A stretch of DNA of 63,995 nucleotides, filler included, from Basidioascus undulatus (lineage: Eukaryota): NCBI GenBank assembly GCA_000826855.1. It is 9 parts of 9 records of this genome, joined end to end, with 100 filler letters (N's around TTAATTAATTAA, not from the genome) between each part and the next. Parts side by side here need not be neighbours in the genome. Positions count along the whole stretch, not along the records: positions 35,350 to 40,057 come from JTLS01002092.1; positions 40,158 to 44,860 come from JTLS01002093.1; positions 44,961 to 49,657 come from JTLS01002094.1; positions 49,758 to 54,448 come from JTLS01002095.1; 5 more parts are not named here. One strand, written 5' to 3'. This document shows positions 38,258 through 51,389 of the stretch, piece after piece (the stretch's first letter is position 1; each line of letters begins with the position of its first letter). The notes beneath the pieces are model-generated. The model was not told where the DNA came from. It saw only the letters and a list, made by a program, of their open reading frames with translations, and ran no database searches. The translations under genes and the position numbers were made by a program.

Positions 38258-40566
38258 CGTGCGCGGCGTCGCGAAGGAGGGGGGGATCAGCGTGCGAAGG
38301 GGAATAGGCAATGGATGGTGGTGGTCGGTGGGGAAGGGAGGGTTGCGTGAGGAGTGTGGCTCTATAACAACGATGCGGTGGGAATGGACTCGTGGACGAC
38401 CAAAAGGGCTCGTGGGCGTCCGAGATGGTGGCGGGGCGAGAAGACAAGTGCTCTGAGTGAACTGGCTTATTCGTTGAACGTGCCAGGCCCGCAACGAGCG
38501 GCACCGCAGTCTCGCTCGCATGCGGCCATAAAAATCTATAGTACCTACTTCAATACTGGTCCAGATTGACGTTTGCACTTGCGCGTTTCTGACGCAAGAC
38601 AAGAGATCAGTGTCACGCTTGACACGCTCCTGCGAGCAGCTTTCTCATTCGTCCGCTGCGTTGTGGAAACACTGCATGTGCAGTCTAGTTGTTTGAATGG
38701 TGGACTAGCATTATGAACGATTCAATGAAGAGGTAGGTACCACGTTGAGGCACGTGTGGGTAAGACCACACGCATGGCTCCGGGCGACTGTTCTGATGGA
38801 GACTGCGAGCACGCAGGTCGGTTGGATTTTCATGTGCCTACTATAAGGAGGGTAAATTCAGTCTTTATAACCCCGAAATTCAGCGCCGTGGAGACACAAC
38901 ACCTCGTACTCAGATTGAGAACATTTTCACGAGCCTCAAGACGTATTTTGCTCGCCAGGAGGAGCTCCTCCGACTCCATGCTGAGCCCCAAGCCAGCTTA
39001 CCGCAGAAGCGCATAGGCCTCAGGCAACCTGGAGCGTTATCGAAAGGGCTCACCTCGACGCCTTGAGTACCATGTTTGACAGGCTCGACCGGGTTGTACT
39101 CGATATCGATCGGCTTGAGCCAGGTGATACAAGGGACATGCTTTCTAGCTCTCGTTCCGAGGCCCCGCGTACGGTGTTGGCCGCTCTTGCCAATCGAGTT
39201 TCAGGGAAGCTAGGGAAGGGGGCGGCTGAGCGAGAACGCGCAAGAGACGATCGCGATGTTCCGAGTCTCTTGGCGAGCTATGGGGATCAATATATTCCAT
39301 GTTTCGAACCGATTGAACTATCTGTGCTGTTTGTGTTTGCGCACGGCAGCAAGAGGGCGAAGGTTACTTTGTAGTATGCAGCAACTGCACTCCTGCGTTC
39401 AAAACTTCAACGTGGCATCAACTCCTGAGTGCTTGGCCCTTCTTCAAATCCATCTTAAAAGTTCCCCCGCTAGTTCTTTGAGAACGGCATCTGTTTGTTT
39501 GGAGCGAAGCGACTCGTTCCAGTCATTCGTGTTGATCGTTTTTCGTCCCACCATAGATGGATTTCTCACAGGAACGGGCCCATGTTGGGAATAAAATCAT
39601 GCCAGTTTGGAATACAAGGCTGTCGTTGCCAAAATTACGGGCAGGAACAGACGCTCTGGATGGGTCACGCCTGTGGACTTTGCTACGACCGAAAGGCCGG
39701 CTGGCTACGTACTCCCTTGCAGCCGGAAATGCCGTAAGCCGTCGAGCATGGCCGCCTTGCGCCATCCAGGGGGCATATACATCCGTCCGTTCCAAATATT
39801 AGACTTCCGGATGCCCGGAAATGGTTCATTGGCCCTCGTATGAATGTCGTTCCTGGTCGCCTTCCAGTATCGGTCTGAGCTGACTCGGGATGCTCCCGCA
39901 GGTCGAGCATCAGCTGGGTGGGAAAAGTTCAGATTCCGCCAGTGCCGAAAAGAACACCCCGTGAAGGACTTTTGTTTGGGTTGTACTGGGCTCTACTTGG
40001 CGGTCAAGGCCGTTACCTGCCTGCTCTCGGACTCAGCTTCGCACTGTGCCTGTTCAGNNNNNNNNNNNNNNNNNNNNNNNNNNNNNNNNNNNNNNNNNNN
40101 NTTAATTAATTAANNNNNNNNNNNNNNNNNNNNNNNNNNNNNNNNNNNNNNNNNNNNCACGCGGACAACGACCCACGCGACCGCGTTTCTCTTGAGACGC
40201 TCCATCGCCCTGCGTCGGTTCGTCCAAGTTGCCGTTCGCGTCGCCATCAGCAAATGGGGGCCGAAAAATGGCGTCCGCAACTCTTTCACATGTTCGGGAA
40301 GGAGGATCAAGCCCGGCGTTCTGATGGAGCGGAACCCGAACGAAGCACAGACACGCACAGGATGACCAGGTTGTCTTATTTTTCTGTACTTTAGCCTCGA
40401 ACGATCCTCTTGGTCTCTTACCCTCTGCTACTCACCGTCACTGGACTCCTCCTGCAACTGCTAAGAAGCGCCTGCTCTAAAGGCTTGCACATCGACGACC
40501 ACGACCTCGACCCCTTCATCAACAACAGCATCCCCGAACCCCCCTGCTGAAACACCATCTTTGGCA

Positions 40567-41548
40567 ATGGCTATCGCTGCTCACCCCCTCCGCGGCCTTC
40601 GCCTGGTCTCGCTCTTCCTTGTATGGGCAATGGCGGTGGCGTTGATTGGGATTATCCCGAACGCCGAAGTCAAGTGAGTCGCCCATAGTTGAGACTGCGT
40701 TGAAAGCGGCAGTATTGAAACGAGGTGGTGGGACAGGACGAACGACCAGGTCGACCGGGTGCAGCAGGTTGCCGACGCCACTGTCCCCGGTACCAATGTT
40801 GACGTGAACCACAAGGAGGTGCGCACACTCATACGTGAAATTCCCACCCTTCTGAAAAGCGACGGTACTGAGCCTTTTGTCGCGCAGATGACTCGCCCGG
40901 GCATTGCGGTCCTCGTCTGCGCCCTCTTCACCTTCATCCACACCCTGGCCTTCATCCTCGTTCTCCTGCTCAAGAAGGGCGCTCCCTCCTTGACGGCCAA
41001 GGCGGAGGCTGGCCTTCTCCTCATCTCCACCCTCTGGTCCTTATCGACATTCTATTTCTCCGCAGAGAACCACGTTCACTGACACTCCCCCGCTTTCATT
41101 GCAGGTACGCCGGCTCGCTCGGCGCCTTCACCAACATTTGGCAGAACAAGGGGGCCATTGTCCGCGCCTTCCTCAACGGCGTACAGCTCCCGCAAACTAT
41201 CGTCGACTCGGTCGCTGGTGAGTATACCCCTCACTCTAACCCCCGCATTCGCAGTTGCCCATGACCAATCTTCCATTCCCCTTCTCCCAGCTTCCAACGG
41301 ATTCTCCACCGCTTACGAAGACCAATGGTGCACCTTTGTTCTCCCTCCCTTTTTCAGAAGAGCGTGTCGCTGAACCCACACCTCATATTGACAGGTACCT
41401 CCGGGCAGTCGTGATCGCTGGTTGGATCGCGTTCTGCCTCACCCTCTTTGCGGCAGTCCTCTCCACGGTTGCGGCGACTCGCAAGCCCGCGCAAAGTGGC
41501 CAGGCGGTCTCCAACGGCGACGTGCGCAACGAGCGGGAGAAGGTCTAA
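40567..41548 (+). CDS. Four-transmembrane (MARVEL-like) membrane protein
   Basis: The spliced ORF has four hydrophobic helices (LVSLFLVWAMAVALIGII; IAVLVCALFTFIHTLAFILVLLL; GLLLISTLW|YAGSLGAF; VVIAGWIAFCLTLFAAVL) with canonical introns. Confidence 0.65.
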
Positions 41549-42098
41549 TTTTTCTGAAACACACCCTTAATTCCTTTGTGATAGCCCTACGTAATATACT
41601 ATGCTGGAGGGCTGGACATGTAACTACTACGCCGCTTCAGCTTGCGTTCCTGTGACATAATCTTCTTGAATGAGAATCTCTTCGTGCAGTCTGCCTTATC
41701 CTGAAAGCACATCACCACCTGTAAGAACAGAAAACGTTGTGCCTTGAAAGTGTCCCAGCTGGGGCTCACGCCTCATCGGGCATCAGTACCACATTCAGCG
41801 TGTGCAACATGCCCGTCTATGCGTGTAGCCAGTAACGGACGGATGGCATATGTCAAAATATCACAAGCAATACAACCGGTGAAATCACCCGACAACAGGA
41901 CGTTGTATTGGCTTTAGTTTCGAAGGAGCACTGCCGCAGCCTGCGCGGACGGCTGTCAGGCTGCGAAGTAAAAGAACGGTAGCCCCCTGCGTATCTCCAT
42001 TACTACTGCGGCCTCAAAGCTCTTAAACGCACAGTAAAGCAATACATTATAGGGTGTTCAAGGGTCTCAGAACATCATGGACGTCGCAGACCTCTGTT

Positions 42099-42157
42099 TG
42101 ACAGAAGGCGAGCCCTGTTTATCATAGGTCTGACAGAAGGCACAGCCCTGTTTTCAT
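42099..42157 (+). repeat. Short imperfect direct repeat (about 27 nt, two copies)
   Basis: tgacagaaggcgagccctgtttatcat versus tgacagaaggcacagccctgttttcat. Confidence 0.8.
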
Positions 42158-42270
42158 GCTGTACGGCACGAAGACAGTCTCTTTGCATGAAGAGCTCGGC
42201 AGTCTGCTTGTTCTCCAACCTGTGCAAATACCCAAGTATATTAGAGTGAAATCGAAACTTTCAACCTACA

Positions 42271-43711
42271 TCAACCACCTCTGACCAACCTCCCCGCAAA
42301 AGCATCCTCCATCCTCCTCCCCGAAAGTTCCACGAATTCTCTCGCCCTCTCCGACACCCCCGTCTGGTGCGGAAACGGGTGAGCCACTCCCATAGCGCAC
42401 CAGTGCTCCGCCCAGCCGTCGCCCTCCTCCTGCAGCCGCCGTGCGTACGCCTCGCCCTCGCTGCGTAGGACGTCGATCTCGGCTGTGACGACCAGCGTGG
42501 GCGGGAGGTTCTTGAAGTTGGGATGGAGGAGCGGGGAGAGGGTTGGGCAGGCGAGGGTGGAGGCGGTCCAGTTTGGGGGGAGGAGATGCCTGCACAATTT
42601 CTGTATGAGCATCCAGGGCGCTTGCTTAGGCCCGTCAAGTTGCGAGGGACCTGCGGGACGGACCTATAGAAGTACGACATTCTAGCGCTGAGATAGTGAA
42701 GTAGCTCAGAGATTGATGCAAGAGCTCAGTAGGAAGTAACAGTCGCACTGGCTCAGAAAGGGACAGTCATAGTTGACCCTCCAAGAAACATGAGGCGAGC
42801 CTACAGCAGCAGCGCGGTCATCAGCCACCACCCAACCGAAGCTCTGCTGCACCTCTCACTCACTAGGAGCAGGCTCTAAATCCTTTCCCACCGCCGTCGC
42901 GTCCGTAACAGGAATGACCATCAGACAAAAGCACACGCCCTCAATCCCCTCGTCCCTCGCGCGCTGCGCAATGACCGCCGCCATGTGCCCCCCCGCCGAG
43001 AACCCACCGATCGAGATGCGCTTTGGGTAGACGCCCAGGGGCTCCGAGTTCGAGCGCACCCACTGGAACGCCGCCCAACCATCCTCGATCGGGATGGGGA
43101 AGCGGTGCTCTGGCGCGAGACGGTACCCCACGTCGATGATGATCGCGCCGGTCCGCACGACTGTTCGGCGAATCCAGGGGTCGTCGTCGCCGATTTGGCC
43201 GATTACCCATCCTGTGAAAAGAGAAAGAGCTGGGGGTTTTGTACCAAGGACTGGAGTGAGCGAGGAGACAAACTTACCCCCTCCATGAAAGTTCAGATGC
43301 ACCGGCAGCTTCCGCTCTTCGTCTCCTCCAGCCTCTGCCGGGCGGTAAATGCGCAGCGTGATCTTGCCTCCGTTAACAGGAACTTGCGACTAATCTGGTC
43401 AGTGCACTTGATCTGAAGATAAATCTGGGAGATTGCCCACTTTGCACGTCCTCAATCGATCCAACTTCGGGGCCCTTCTCCACGCCGAAACTAACGATCA
43501 CAGGATCATTCCTGTTCTCCTCGATTGTACGCTGGTGGGCCAGACGCCTCCCCACTGCGATTGACCAAATGAGAACCTTTAAGTGGGCTCGGACAGCTAC
43601 GCTGGGACACGACGTACCAACGTGCTTGTTGTACTCTGCCACGTACTCAGGCGGCAGGAGCTTCTCGAACTCGGGCTTCAGTGCGTTGAGCGGAGGAGAT
43701 GGGGCGATCAT
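42271..43711 (-). CDS. Alpha/beta hydrolase, hormone-sensitive lipase family esterase
   Basis: NFHGG|GW oxyanion motif, YRLAPEHRFP, GFSAGG nucleophile elbow, AEIDVLRSE acid residue, GVAHPF catalytic His. Confidence 0.93.
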
Positions 43712-44486
43712 TCAGGGGGATACAGAATGGAAGTTGTTCTTGTGGAGGGTAGAGGTCAGAGGAGAGCAGGAAAGCGCTAGGGTGCTGTAAGCGTTCGGTC
43801 CGAGACTCTGGCAGCCGGTCCGGGAGTGCTTATCTGGGACATTCCTGCGTGAAGTGGGCCTCGGACATGGAACCTTAATCAATATGATAATTTTCAAGCA
43901 TTTCGTGAATCCTCACTTGGTTAAACAAGGGGAACCTGGCTATTAAGGCTGTGAGAGCCAATCACCGCGGCCTTTTCCGTTCTTGACAATCCTGCCCTCC
44001 ATAGGGCCCTCTTGCAGCTACAGCTTGTCTGCGACTGCTTCTACTTACTCCTTGGGCCCAAAGTGCTTTCAACTTGTGTGTCCGATGTCCTGAAGTGCGA
44101 TAAATTAGATGCCAGTCTGTCACAGCATCACTCAAGACGACGGTACCATGCGTAGGTCGAGCTGCGCTTGATTCCCACATCGCATCTCGAGGAGCTTTAC
44201 CCTAGTGTCATAGGCGAAGTCTTCCAATAAAGACTCAATGTCCCGAATCCGTCTCTTTGACACGCTGCAACGACGCGTAGAAACAGAGCCAACCTATTCC
44301 GCGAACGCAGCCGTTTGTTTACGTATGTTTACAAGCGAACGCGCCTTCGATTTCGGGCGGGCATGCTGTCTTCCCTCGAAGCTGGCCTGCCTTGATCGCC
44401 CAACCCACCTCATAGGTCTGTGCTTCTCTCTTTCATCTGCCTTACCATCACTCAAACCCTCAGAGTACTGACACCCACCATCCCCC

Positions 44487-44860
44487 ATGCCGCCCTCTGC
44501 TCCTCCGCCATCGCTTTCGCGCATCCCGGTCCCGTCTGACCGCAAACAACCGTCATCTCCGACCTCCCATCTTCGTCCGCGCTCGCCTGTTCCCCTCCGA
44601 AAGACACCCTCCAGGCCCACCACGCCTACCCCGCCCACCTCCACGTCTCTCTCACACGAGACCAAGCCGGTAGAAATTATGACTTCTTCCACGAACGCGA
44701 ACGAGGACCCGCTGCTGGTGAGTCGGCCGCGAGCACACCGAACAAGCCAGGGAAGCCTGCAGTTCGCTGAATTCAACGTCTGAACTCCTCAGTCCGCCTT
44801 CTCCACCGCATTCACCAATAAAGTTCCGCAGCTTCACGCTCGCCCAACACGCCACCACGA
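44487..44860 (+). CDS. 5' end of a Pro/Ser-rich hypothetical gene (truncated)
   Basis: ATG after a CT-rich leader, GTGAGT donor near 44718, low-complexity frame running into the spacer. Confidence 0.4.
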
Positions 44861-44960
44861 NNNNNNNNNNNNNNNNNNNNNNNNNNNNNNNNNNNNNNNN
44901 NNNNTTAATTAATTAANNNNNNNNNNNNNNNNNNNNNNNNNNNNNNNNNNNNNNNNNNNN

Positions 44961-46167
44961 CCCTTGGTCACCCCACCTTGCGACCCCCACCCCCTGAAGA
45001 AACACCTTCTTGAGCTCCTCCAGTCCCCTTCCCCCCGCGGAGGAAACGGCAGGGGCGTCCCACGCGGCCTCGTACACAGGCACTTGGAACGCGGGGTGCT
45101 GCGCGTGCGACCCCGCGGCCAGAGGGTGAAGGGACGGGTAGTGCGTGTCCCAGACTGCGTACCACCGCGCGAGGAGGGCGTCGTACGACGCTGGATGGTG
45201 CGGGGCGAGTGACGAGGAGGAGACGTGCGGGAGCGGCCGGGGGGCCGACCAGGGTTTGGAGGACCCGATGAAGTGCAGGAGCTTGATGGAGGGGGAGTGC
45301 CGACGGTAGGCGGGGATATAGCTGCGGAGGAGGAAAGCGTGAGGGGAGGGAGAGGGGATGAAGAGAATAAGGAAGGAAGGAAGCAGTATGGACTCACGTG
45401 TACGCGGCGGTAGCTGGGTGGAAGGAGAGGGCGGGTCTAAGCAAGAAAGTAGCTAGACGGAAGGAAGACCGAACACGCACGCGTCGTATTCCACGTAAAG
45501 CTCAACCTCTCCCACCTTCCCTCAAAAACATCGTTCAGCACGCCCTGGTCCCCTCCGTCCCAGCTGCCCCCGCCCCTCACGGCTTCCACGAGCCGGTCAA
45601 ACGTGTCCGGAGGGAGGTGCGCAATATCGACGAGCATGACGCCGCTGTTGAACGCGTCTGGCCAGCCCGCGTCGGGGGCCGCCGCGAGCGGGCGGCCGTG
45701 CGGCAGCGGGAGGTGGAGGAGCGGCAGAAGCGGTTGGAGGGGCAGCGTGTCGGCGTCGAGGTAGAGCAGGCGCGTGTACGAGAAGCGAGGGGGGAGGAGC
45801 CGGAAGAGGTGCAGCTTTGTTAGGACAGGATGGAGGTCCGGGCGGCCTGCACACACCCGCGCTCAGCCTGTTTTCCATACACACCGGGAGAAGGAAGACG
45901 CTCGCTCGCCTACTCACCGAGTAGTTCCAAGTCCTCCGCCCTCCCCGTTATCTCCTCCACGCCCACCACTCGATCCCACGCGCCGCCGTCGCGCAGCGCG
46001 CGCACGCACGCCGCATCGACCGTCTCGGGCGTGACGAGCACGAGGCGCTCGAACGTCGTCCCGCAGTCGTGCGGGTGCAGGTCTGCGAGCGCGTGGCCGA
46101 GAACGAGCGCGCCGGGGAGGTACGACGACGACGTCAGGAGGGTGACGACCGCTATGTGCGGGGGCAT
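44961..46167 (-). CDS. Glycogenin-like glycosyltransferase, GT8 (3' end truncated)
   Basis: VTLLTSSSYLPGALVLG, LTKLHLF, LYLDADTL (DxD), AAPDAGWPDAFNSGV, SWDGGDQGVLN, HFIGSSKPW. Confidence 0.93.
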
Positions 46168-47146
46168 CGGAGGCGGCGAGGGGAAGAGGAGGAGGGTGAG
46201 GAGAAGGGGAGAAGACGAGGGGAAGGAAGGAAGGGGAAGACAGAGAGACAGCGCAGGGGCAACGCAGGGCAGTGGGGCGAGGAAGGCCAGTCCCAGCTGT
46301 CCTGGCGCTCGGTCCTGGGATGATTGCCAACGGGGCTTTGTTTGGTTCGCCGCGACGGAGAATGCGGGACGTGTAGACCCGGTTGAACTCCGTAATTACG
46401 CTTTGAAGCGGTACAAAGTGACAGGCGAGGATGAGACAGCAACGTCGCGATCCAACGCCCTCGTCGCGTCGTCGATGGGGCGCGCTTGGGCGCCGGTGCC
46501 GGGGTGCGGGGAAGGCGGCGCTCCACGATCACGCGTGCCGTGTCTGTTTTCCTCGCGCTCGGACTGCTCAAGACTGCCTGGACGATGAAGTTGTTGAGCA
46601 TGGCATCGAGTACAGTTGGAAAAGCATGATGAAAAGAACCGGCTGGCTTTGGGATGTGACTCGACTGTCGAATTGGGAGATGGCAGCAGGCAGTGAAAGC
46701 TCGTGTAGGGGATACTCCATGTTGTTGCGTCTGAGGTCGACTGACAATGCGCTTGAAGAGCATGGCGGTCTCGAGGACCAAGAAATCTGAATTGACCTGA
46801 GGAATCTGAGATGAGCTAGAAGAGACACTCGGACGACGTGAGCGATTAACACCTCAGTGGCGGCCTGGGCACCCACAGACAGCCTGGAATGTTGAGGAGC
46901 GCTCGCAGCGCTCTAGAACCTAGTGGAAGAAGTCAGTAATATGGGTCGGGGCACCCCAAAGCAGCTGGAACAGTCCGTGGAGGACGAGGAAAAATGAGAC
47001 GCAAGGTGAGGAGGACGGTGGCCGCGTCGAGGCGCCACGACGGAAACTGGATACGGAGTGAGGAGGGCGTGGGCAGAGCTACTGGAAAGGGAGACGATGG
47101 GAGTTACAGAGGTATGGGGGAGAACACGCAGAGGCGCCGAAGAATA

Positions 47147-47512
47147 CAACGCACTTCCCAGGGCACAGAAGCGAAGCACTGGCGAGCGGTAGTGCGCAGC
47201 AGCACCTCGTGTCCAGCGCCGGACATTTCAACAGTCCGACGAGCGCACCGCTTTACGCACCTGTGGAAGGAGGTTTAGGGTTGTTTGCGGGGAAGGGAAT
47301 TTGGTGCACGGAAAGGCGAGGCGTGCGCGGAGGCACCCCGAAGAAGAAAGTAAACAAGTAGCTAGTACACGAAGGCACCAAGGGATAAAAGTGGAGCACC
47401 TAGAGGCGTACTGGAAGAAGAACAATGGAGTGCACAGAGCCACCCCCGCAAGAAGAAGTAGAGTGCGCAGAGGCACCGAAGTGAAGGACGAGCGGTAGTG
47501 CGCTGAGGCACC
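47147..47512. repeat. Purine-rich region with degenerate internal repeats
   Basis: Exact CGAGCGGTAGTGCGC at 47183-47197 and 47489-47503, each preceded by GGCAC(A/C)GAAG(C/T)GAAG; recurrent GAGGCACC-like words. Confidence 0.6.
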
Positions 47513-49051
47513 CTACTCTTGGGAATCAGAAGTGAAGTAAATGGAGGAAGAAGGTAAGGGGGTAAAGGGCAGGTGGATGGTGAGGTGAGTGGTCAGAGAG
47601 AGAGAGACGGCACTCCCGTGGAGGAGAGGTGAGGTGAGGTGGGAGCGGATGGGGAGGGGGGGAATGGCACGCACTATGGGTTTGAGTGCCACCTGTCGTG
47701 CGTCCTCTTTGGTCCAGATATGATGAAATACGCCAAAAAATTAATGCTGGTTGTTTCGATGGAGAAATAACGGCGGGTTGTCAGAATCTGGGCGGATCGA
47801 GATCGGAACGTCCGTAGAAGCTTCTCCTGGCTGTACGGCTGTTGTGGTCCTGCCGTTTACGGCGATCTAACAAGTTGTATTGCATCATGGAGTTAATTCT
47901 TGTTTTTAGGCCAATACTCATGTTTCCATTCTCGGGTGTTGGATCCTGCTTTTCAGCGCGTACCGCGCGTGGCTGCGCGAGGTACGGACGGTCGCGTTCA
48001 GGCAGAACGAGGATACTTTGACCTGGCAACTGCCCTTTCCTATCCTTATCTAAAAGAAAAGTTTGACCTATTGAAGACGTCAAAGGGTTCCCCAGGACGC
48101 CTGAGTCCACGCCCATTTCGTGCCGCCACAATTGCGCTCGACTTACCTCTACAAAAATATAGTCCATTCCACGTTGCCGCCTCTACACCAACCCGCAGTA
48201 CTAAGTACCATTCACTGCCGGTCGGATTCTATGTCACTGCACGCAAACCCATCACGCTGCTTTATCCAGGTCGAGCAGCAGAGACCACCAATCTGGGCAC
48301 TTCTATGATCCCCTTTCCCCTGAACCGCCCCACAAGGGACACAAATCAAGCCATCTTGATGGTTTTAGCAAGCTGACCTCGTCCTCCACAGCCTTCGAGA
48401 AGAGCGGCTGCTGGATCCCGAGAGTGAACAGCTAGAAATCAAGGGCGGTTATTGATGGGGTCTGGTATTTTCAAGGGTTGTGTGTACTGCTATGATGCAT
48501 TTCCGATGTTGGTCCGCACGAAGAGGGTACAAGTTCTGAGTGGATGCCACTTCGCCCTGTCTACAGCTCCCAGGTCTCTCCCCTGTAACACAGGTTGTCT
48601 ATCATCTTAGAACTGTAACTTGGGGCCCTCGACACAAAACTAGGATACAGTTTGGGTGACCGTGCATGGCCAGGCGGACACAAGGGCAATGCTATGCCTG
48701 CGGTGCGACTGCACGAGGCGATATGAGTTAAGAGCACCGCCGAGCACTCGGACATTGGCACTTCTCGCTTTCCGAGAACAGTACAGACATATGCATAGTG
48801 CGTAAGCAAAATATGGTCATGGAACTAACAGTGGTGGTTGAGAAGACGGGTGGGGTTTGGGGGTTTGGGGAGACAAGGGAAGCACAGTGCAGAGTGCGGA
48901 GGGCAGGAGGTATGAACAAAAAAAGTGGGAAGTATTAGAGGGGGTCATAGGAGGCGAACGAAGGCATAATTCGGAGTGCGAATTGCAAGGGGCATTACGG
49001 GAAGAGCTGGGTATAAGTGGAAGGGGGTATAGAGGTGGATGAGGTGATTAT

Positions 49052-49657
49052 TTAGAACCGCCAGTACTTCTTCTTCTCCTCCTTCTCCTGACGCTCGTCC
49101 TTCTTCTTGTGCTTCTCGTCATCGCGCTCCTTGGAGTAGTCCTTCTTGTCATACCAGGATTCCTTCTTCTTGCCGTAGTCCTTCTTGTCATCTGAGTAGG
49201 ACTTCTTGTCGTCCTTCTCCTTCTTGCCATCTAAGGCACAATGGAAGAGGAAAGCCCAGCAGAGTTCAATCTCTTTGGAAGCGTGTTTCTCTGCAAAATG
49301 CTCACCCTTTTTCTCACCGACCTTTTTTACCTTCTCCATGACCTCTGCAGATCACAAAGACGGCCAGGGTCAGTGCTCGTCCCAACCGAAGCGAAAGCTC
49401 GCTGCTTCAGAAACTCACCCTTCTTATCCTTCCCCCAGTAGTCCTCCTCGTCATCCCACTCAATACGGCCCTTGTCCTTGACATCCCGCTCCTTGTCATC
49501 CCGGTCTTTGCGGCTCTTGTCCTTAACGTCCCACTCCTTGTAGCTCCTCTTGGACTTAGAGTGCTTGCGGTCCTTGTCGTCCCTCTATGATTTCCACACA
49601 TGAAGCGCGATCAGCAATGGTCTTCAAGACAGCAGCGTCCAAAGATCGGCTACTTAC
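49052..49657 (-). CDS. 3' end of a Lys/Asp/Glu-rich low-complexity protein
   Basis: Exons encode KDKSRKDRDDKERDVKDKG...WDDEEDYWGKDKK and KKEKDDKKSYSDDKKDYGKKKESWYDKKDY...KKKYWRF*, with canonical introns between them; 5' part cut by the spacer. Confidence 0.6.
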
Positions 49658-49798
49658 NNNNNNNNNNNNNNNNNNNNNNNNNNNNNNNNNNNNNNNNNNN
49701 NTTAATTAATTAANNNNNNNNNNNNNNNNNNNNNNNNNNNNNNNNNNNNNNNNNNNNCAGCTGGTCGCATGCTCATCCCCCTTCTCTTTCCCTCACAG

Positions 49799-51012
49799 CC
49801 GGACGGTCCTCGTCTCCATCCCGACTTCCCTATCCAAGCGTTCCCACGAGCGCATCACGCAGATCTTCTTTGAGCGCCTCAACGTGCCCGCACTGACGCT
49901 CATCGAGCGCCCCGTCCTCGGCATCTACGCCGCGGGCGCGACCTCCGGCGTCGTCGTCGACCTCGGCTGGGACACGCTCGACGTCGTGCCCGTGTCGGAC
50001 ACAGTGGTGCAGCACCACGCCGCGGTGCAGTGGCCTATCGGCGTGCGCGACCTCGAGGCGTACATCGTACACCTCCTCCGCTCCGACGACAAGCTCCTCG
50101 CCTCCCCCGCTCTCTCCGCCCTCTCTCCAGACGCCCTCACCGCCGCTCTCCGCGACATCGTCCACACGCTGTTCACTACGCCCGATGCGCTGAATGCCCA
50201 GGCGGCAAGCGCGGGCGCCGAGCCGGAGGGCGCGCCCGAGAACCTCGACATCGCCGCTGCGCTCGTGTCGGGTAAGGAGAAGAGCATCGTCGCTGCTGCG
50301 CAGGCGAAGAAGAAGGGCGCCGCGGCGGACGACCCGGTGGAGGTTCGCGTAGACGTCGCGTGGCGGGGCGAGACGGTCTCGGTAGGACCGCTGCGGAATC
50401 GGTTCTTCGAGCCTCTGTTCGACCCGAGCTTGCTCATCGGCGTCGAGGGCGTTGAGCAGCTCCCGGTCAACAAGCGCATACCCCTCCAGGAGGCGGTGTA
50501 CAACGTCGTCGGCAAGTGCGAGCCTGAGCTGCGACCCAAGCTCTGGGAGGGCCTCGTCTTCGCCGGCTCCCTGGCGGCCGTACCAGGTGCGTCGTCGGAT
50601 CGCGTTGCCGTCTTTGCAGAGATGCGATCCCAGGCTGAATCAAATGTTCCTGTTACGCAGGCTTCAGCGCCCTCCTCCCTCACAACGTCGCCCGGCTCCT
50701 CCCCCCCTCCGAGACATCCGATCTCCAACCCTCCGCCGCGAACCTCAAGCTGCTCAAGGTGCCCGACTACTTTGCGGAGTTCAAGGGCCGCGACGACCTC
50801 AACATGTTCCTCGGCGCTTCCATCGTCGCCAAAGTCAGACTACTGCCTTCGTCCAACCCTGCTCCCTGCTTTTTCACGAACAATGCACAATGGGAACTGA
50901 CCTTAATACCGGCTATCCGATGCAGATTGCCAACGCCGACCAGGCGGCGTTCGCGATCACCAAGATTCAGTACAACGCCAAGGGCCCGGCGGTCGTGCAT
51001 CTGGCTGAATAG
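49799..51012 (+). CDS. ARP9: Actin-related protein, Arp9-like (SWI/SNF-RSC), 5' truncated
   Basis: ERITQIFFERLNVPA, SGVVVDLG..TLDVVPV, RFFEPLFDP, LKVPDYFAEFK, FLGASIVAK, QYNAKGP. The actin family is secure; the Arp9 assignment rests on the PDYF.EFK segment. Confidence 0.75.
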
Positions 51013-51389
51013 ACGGGGCGCGTGACGGGGCGCGTGACGGTGCAAGGATGTACAGTATTATTGTCGCTGGTGTACTCGCGCGATGTGTATCGTTTGTGCT
51101 TGTATAGGGACCTTTCCGGCAGGCTCAGTTTGGCTCGCCCGCCGCAGGCACGAGCCTGTGCCATTGCAAGCTGGGATGACTGTTTGCCCCTCGGCTGCTT
51201 GCCTGCGTTCTTGGAACCGCAGCGGGCTGCACCGTGCGATCCATACCGAAGACGCGCTGTCAGGGAAGGGCGGCTTTTGTAGCACAGGCTGCAGAAGGGG
51301 CACGCACGTTGGGAAGGCAGCAGCCCTGCAGCTGCACTGCGGTGCATTGTAACCAACACTCCGCTACACGTCGTTGCGGCGTTCAAAGT

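Noticed and set aside
38700..40057. Short ORFs upstream of the GDPD gene (also 34500-35249 and 47780-48400)
   Set aside because: No recognisable motif, consistent strand or splice pattern; cannot support a call.
48561..48809. GETWEL resembling the start of a Ty1/copia reverse transcriptase
   Set aside because: No following KARLVA or YVDD motifs in any frame I could read.
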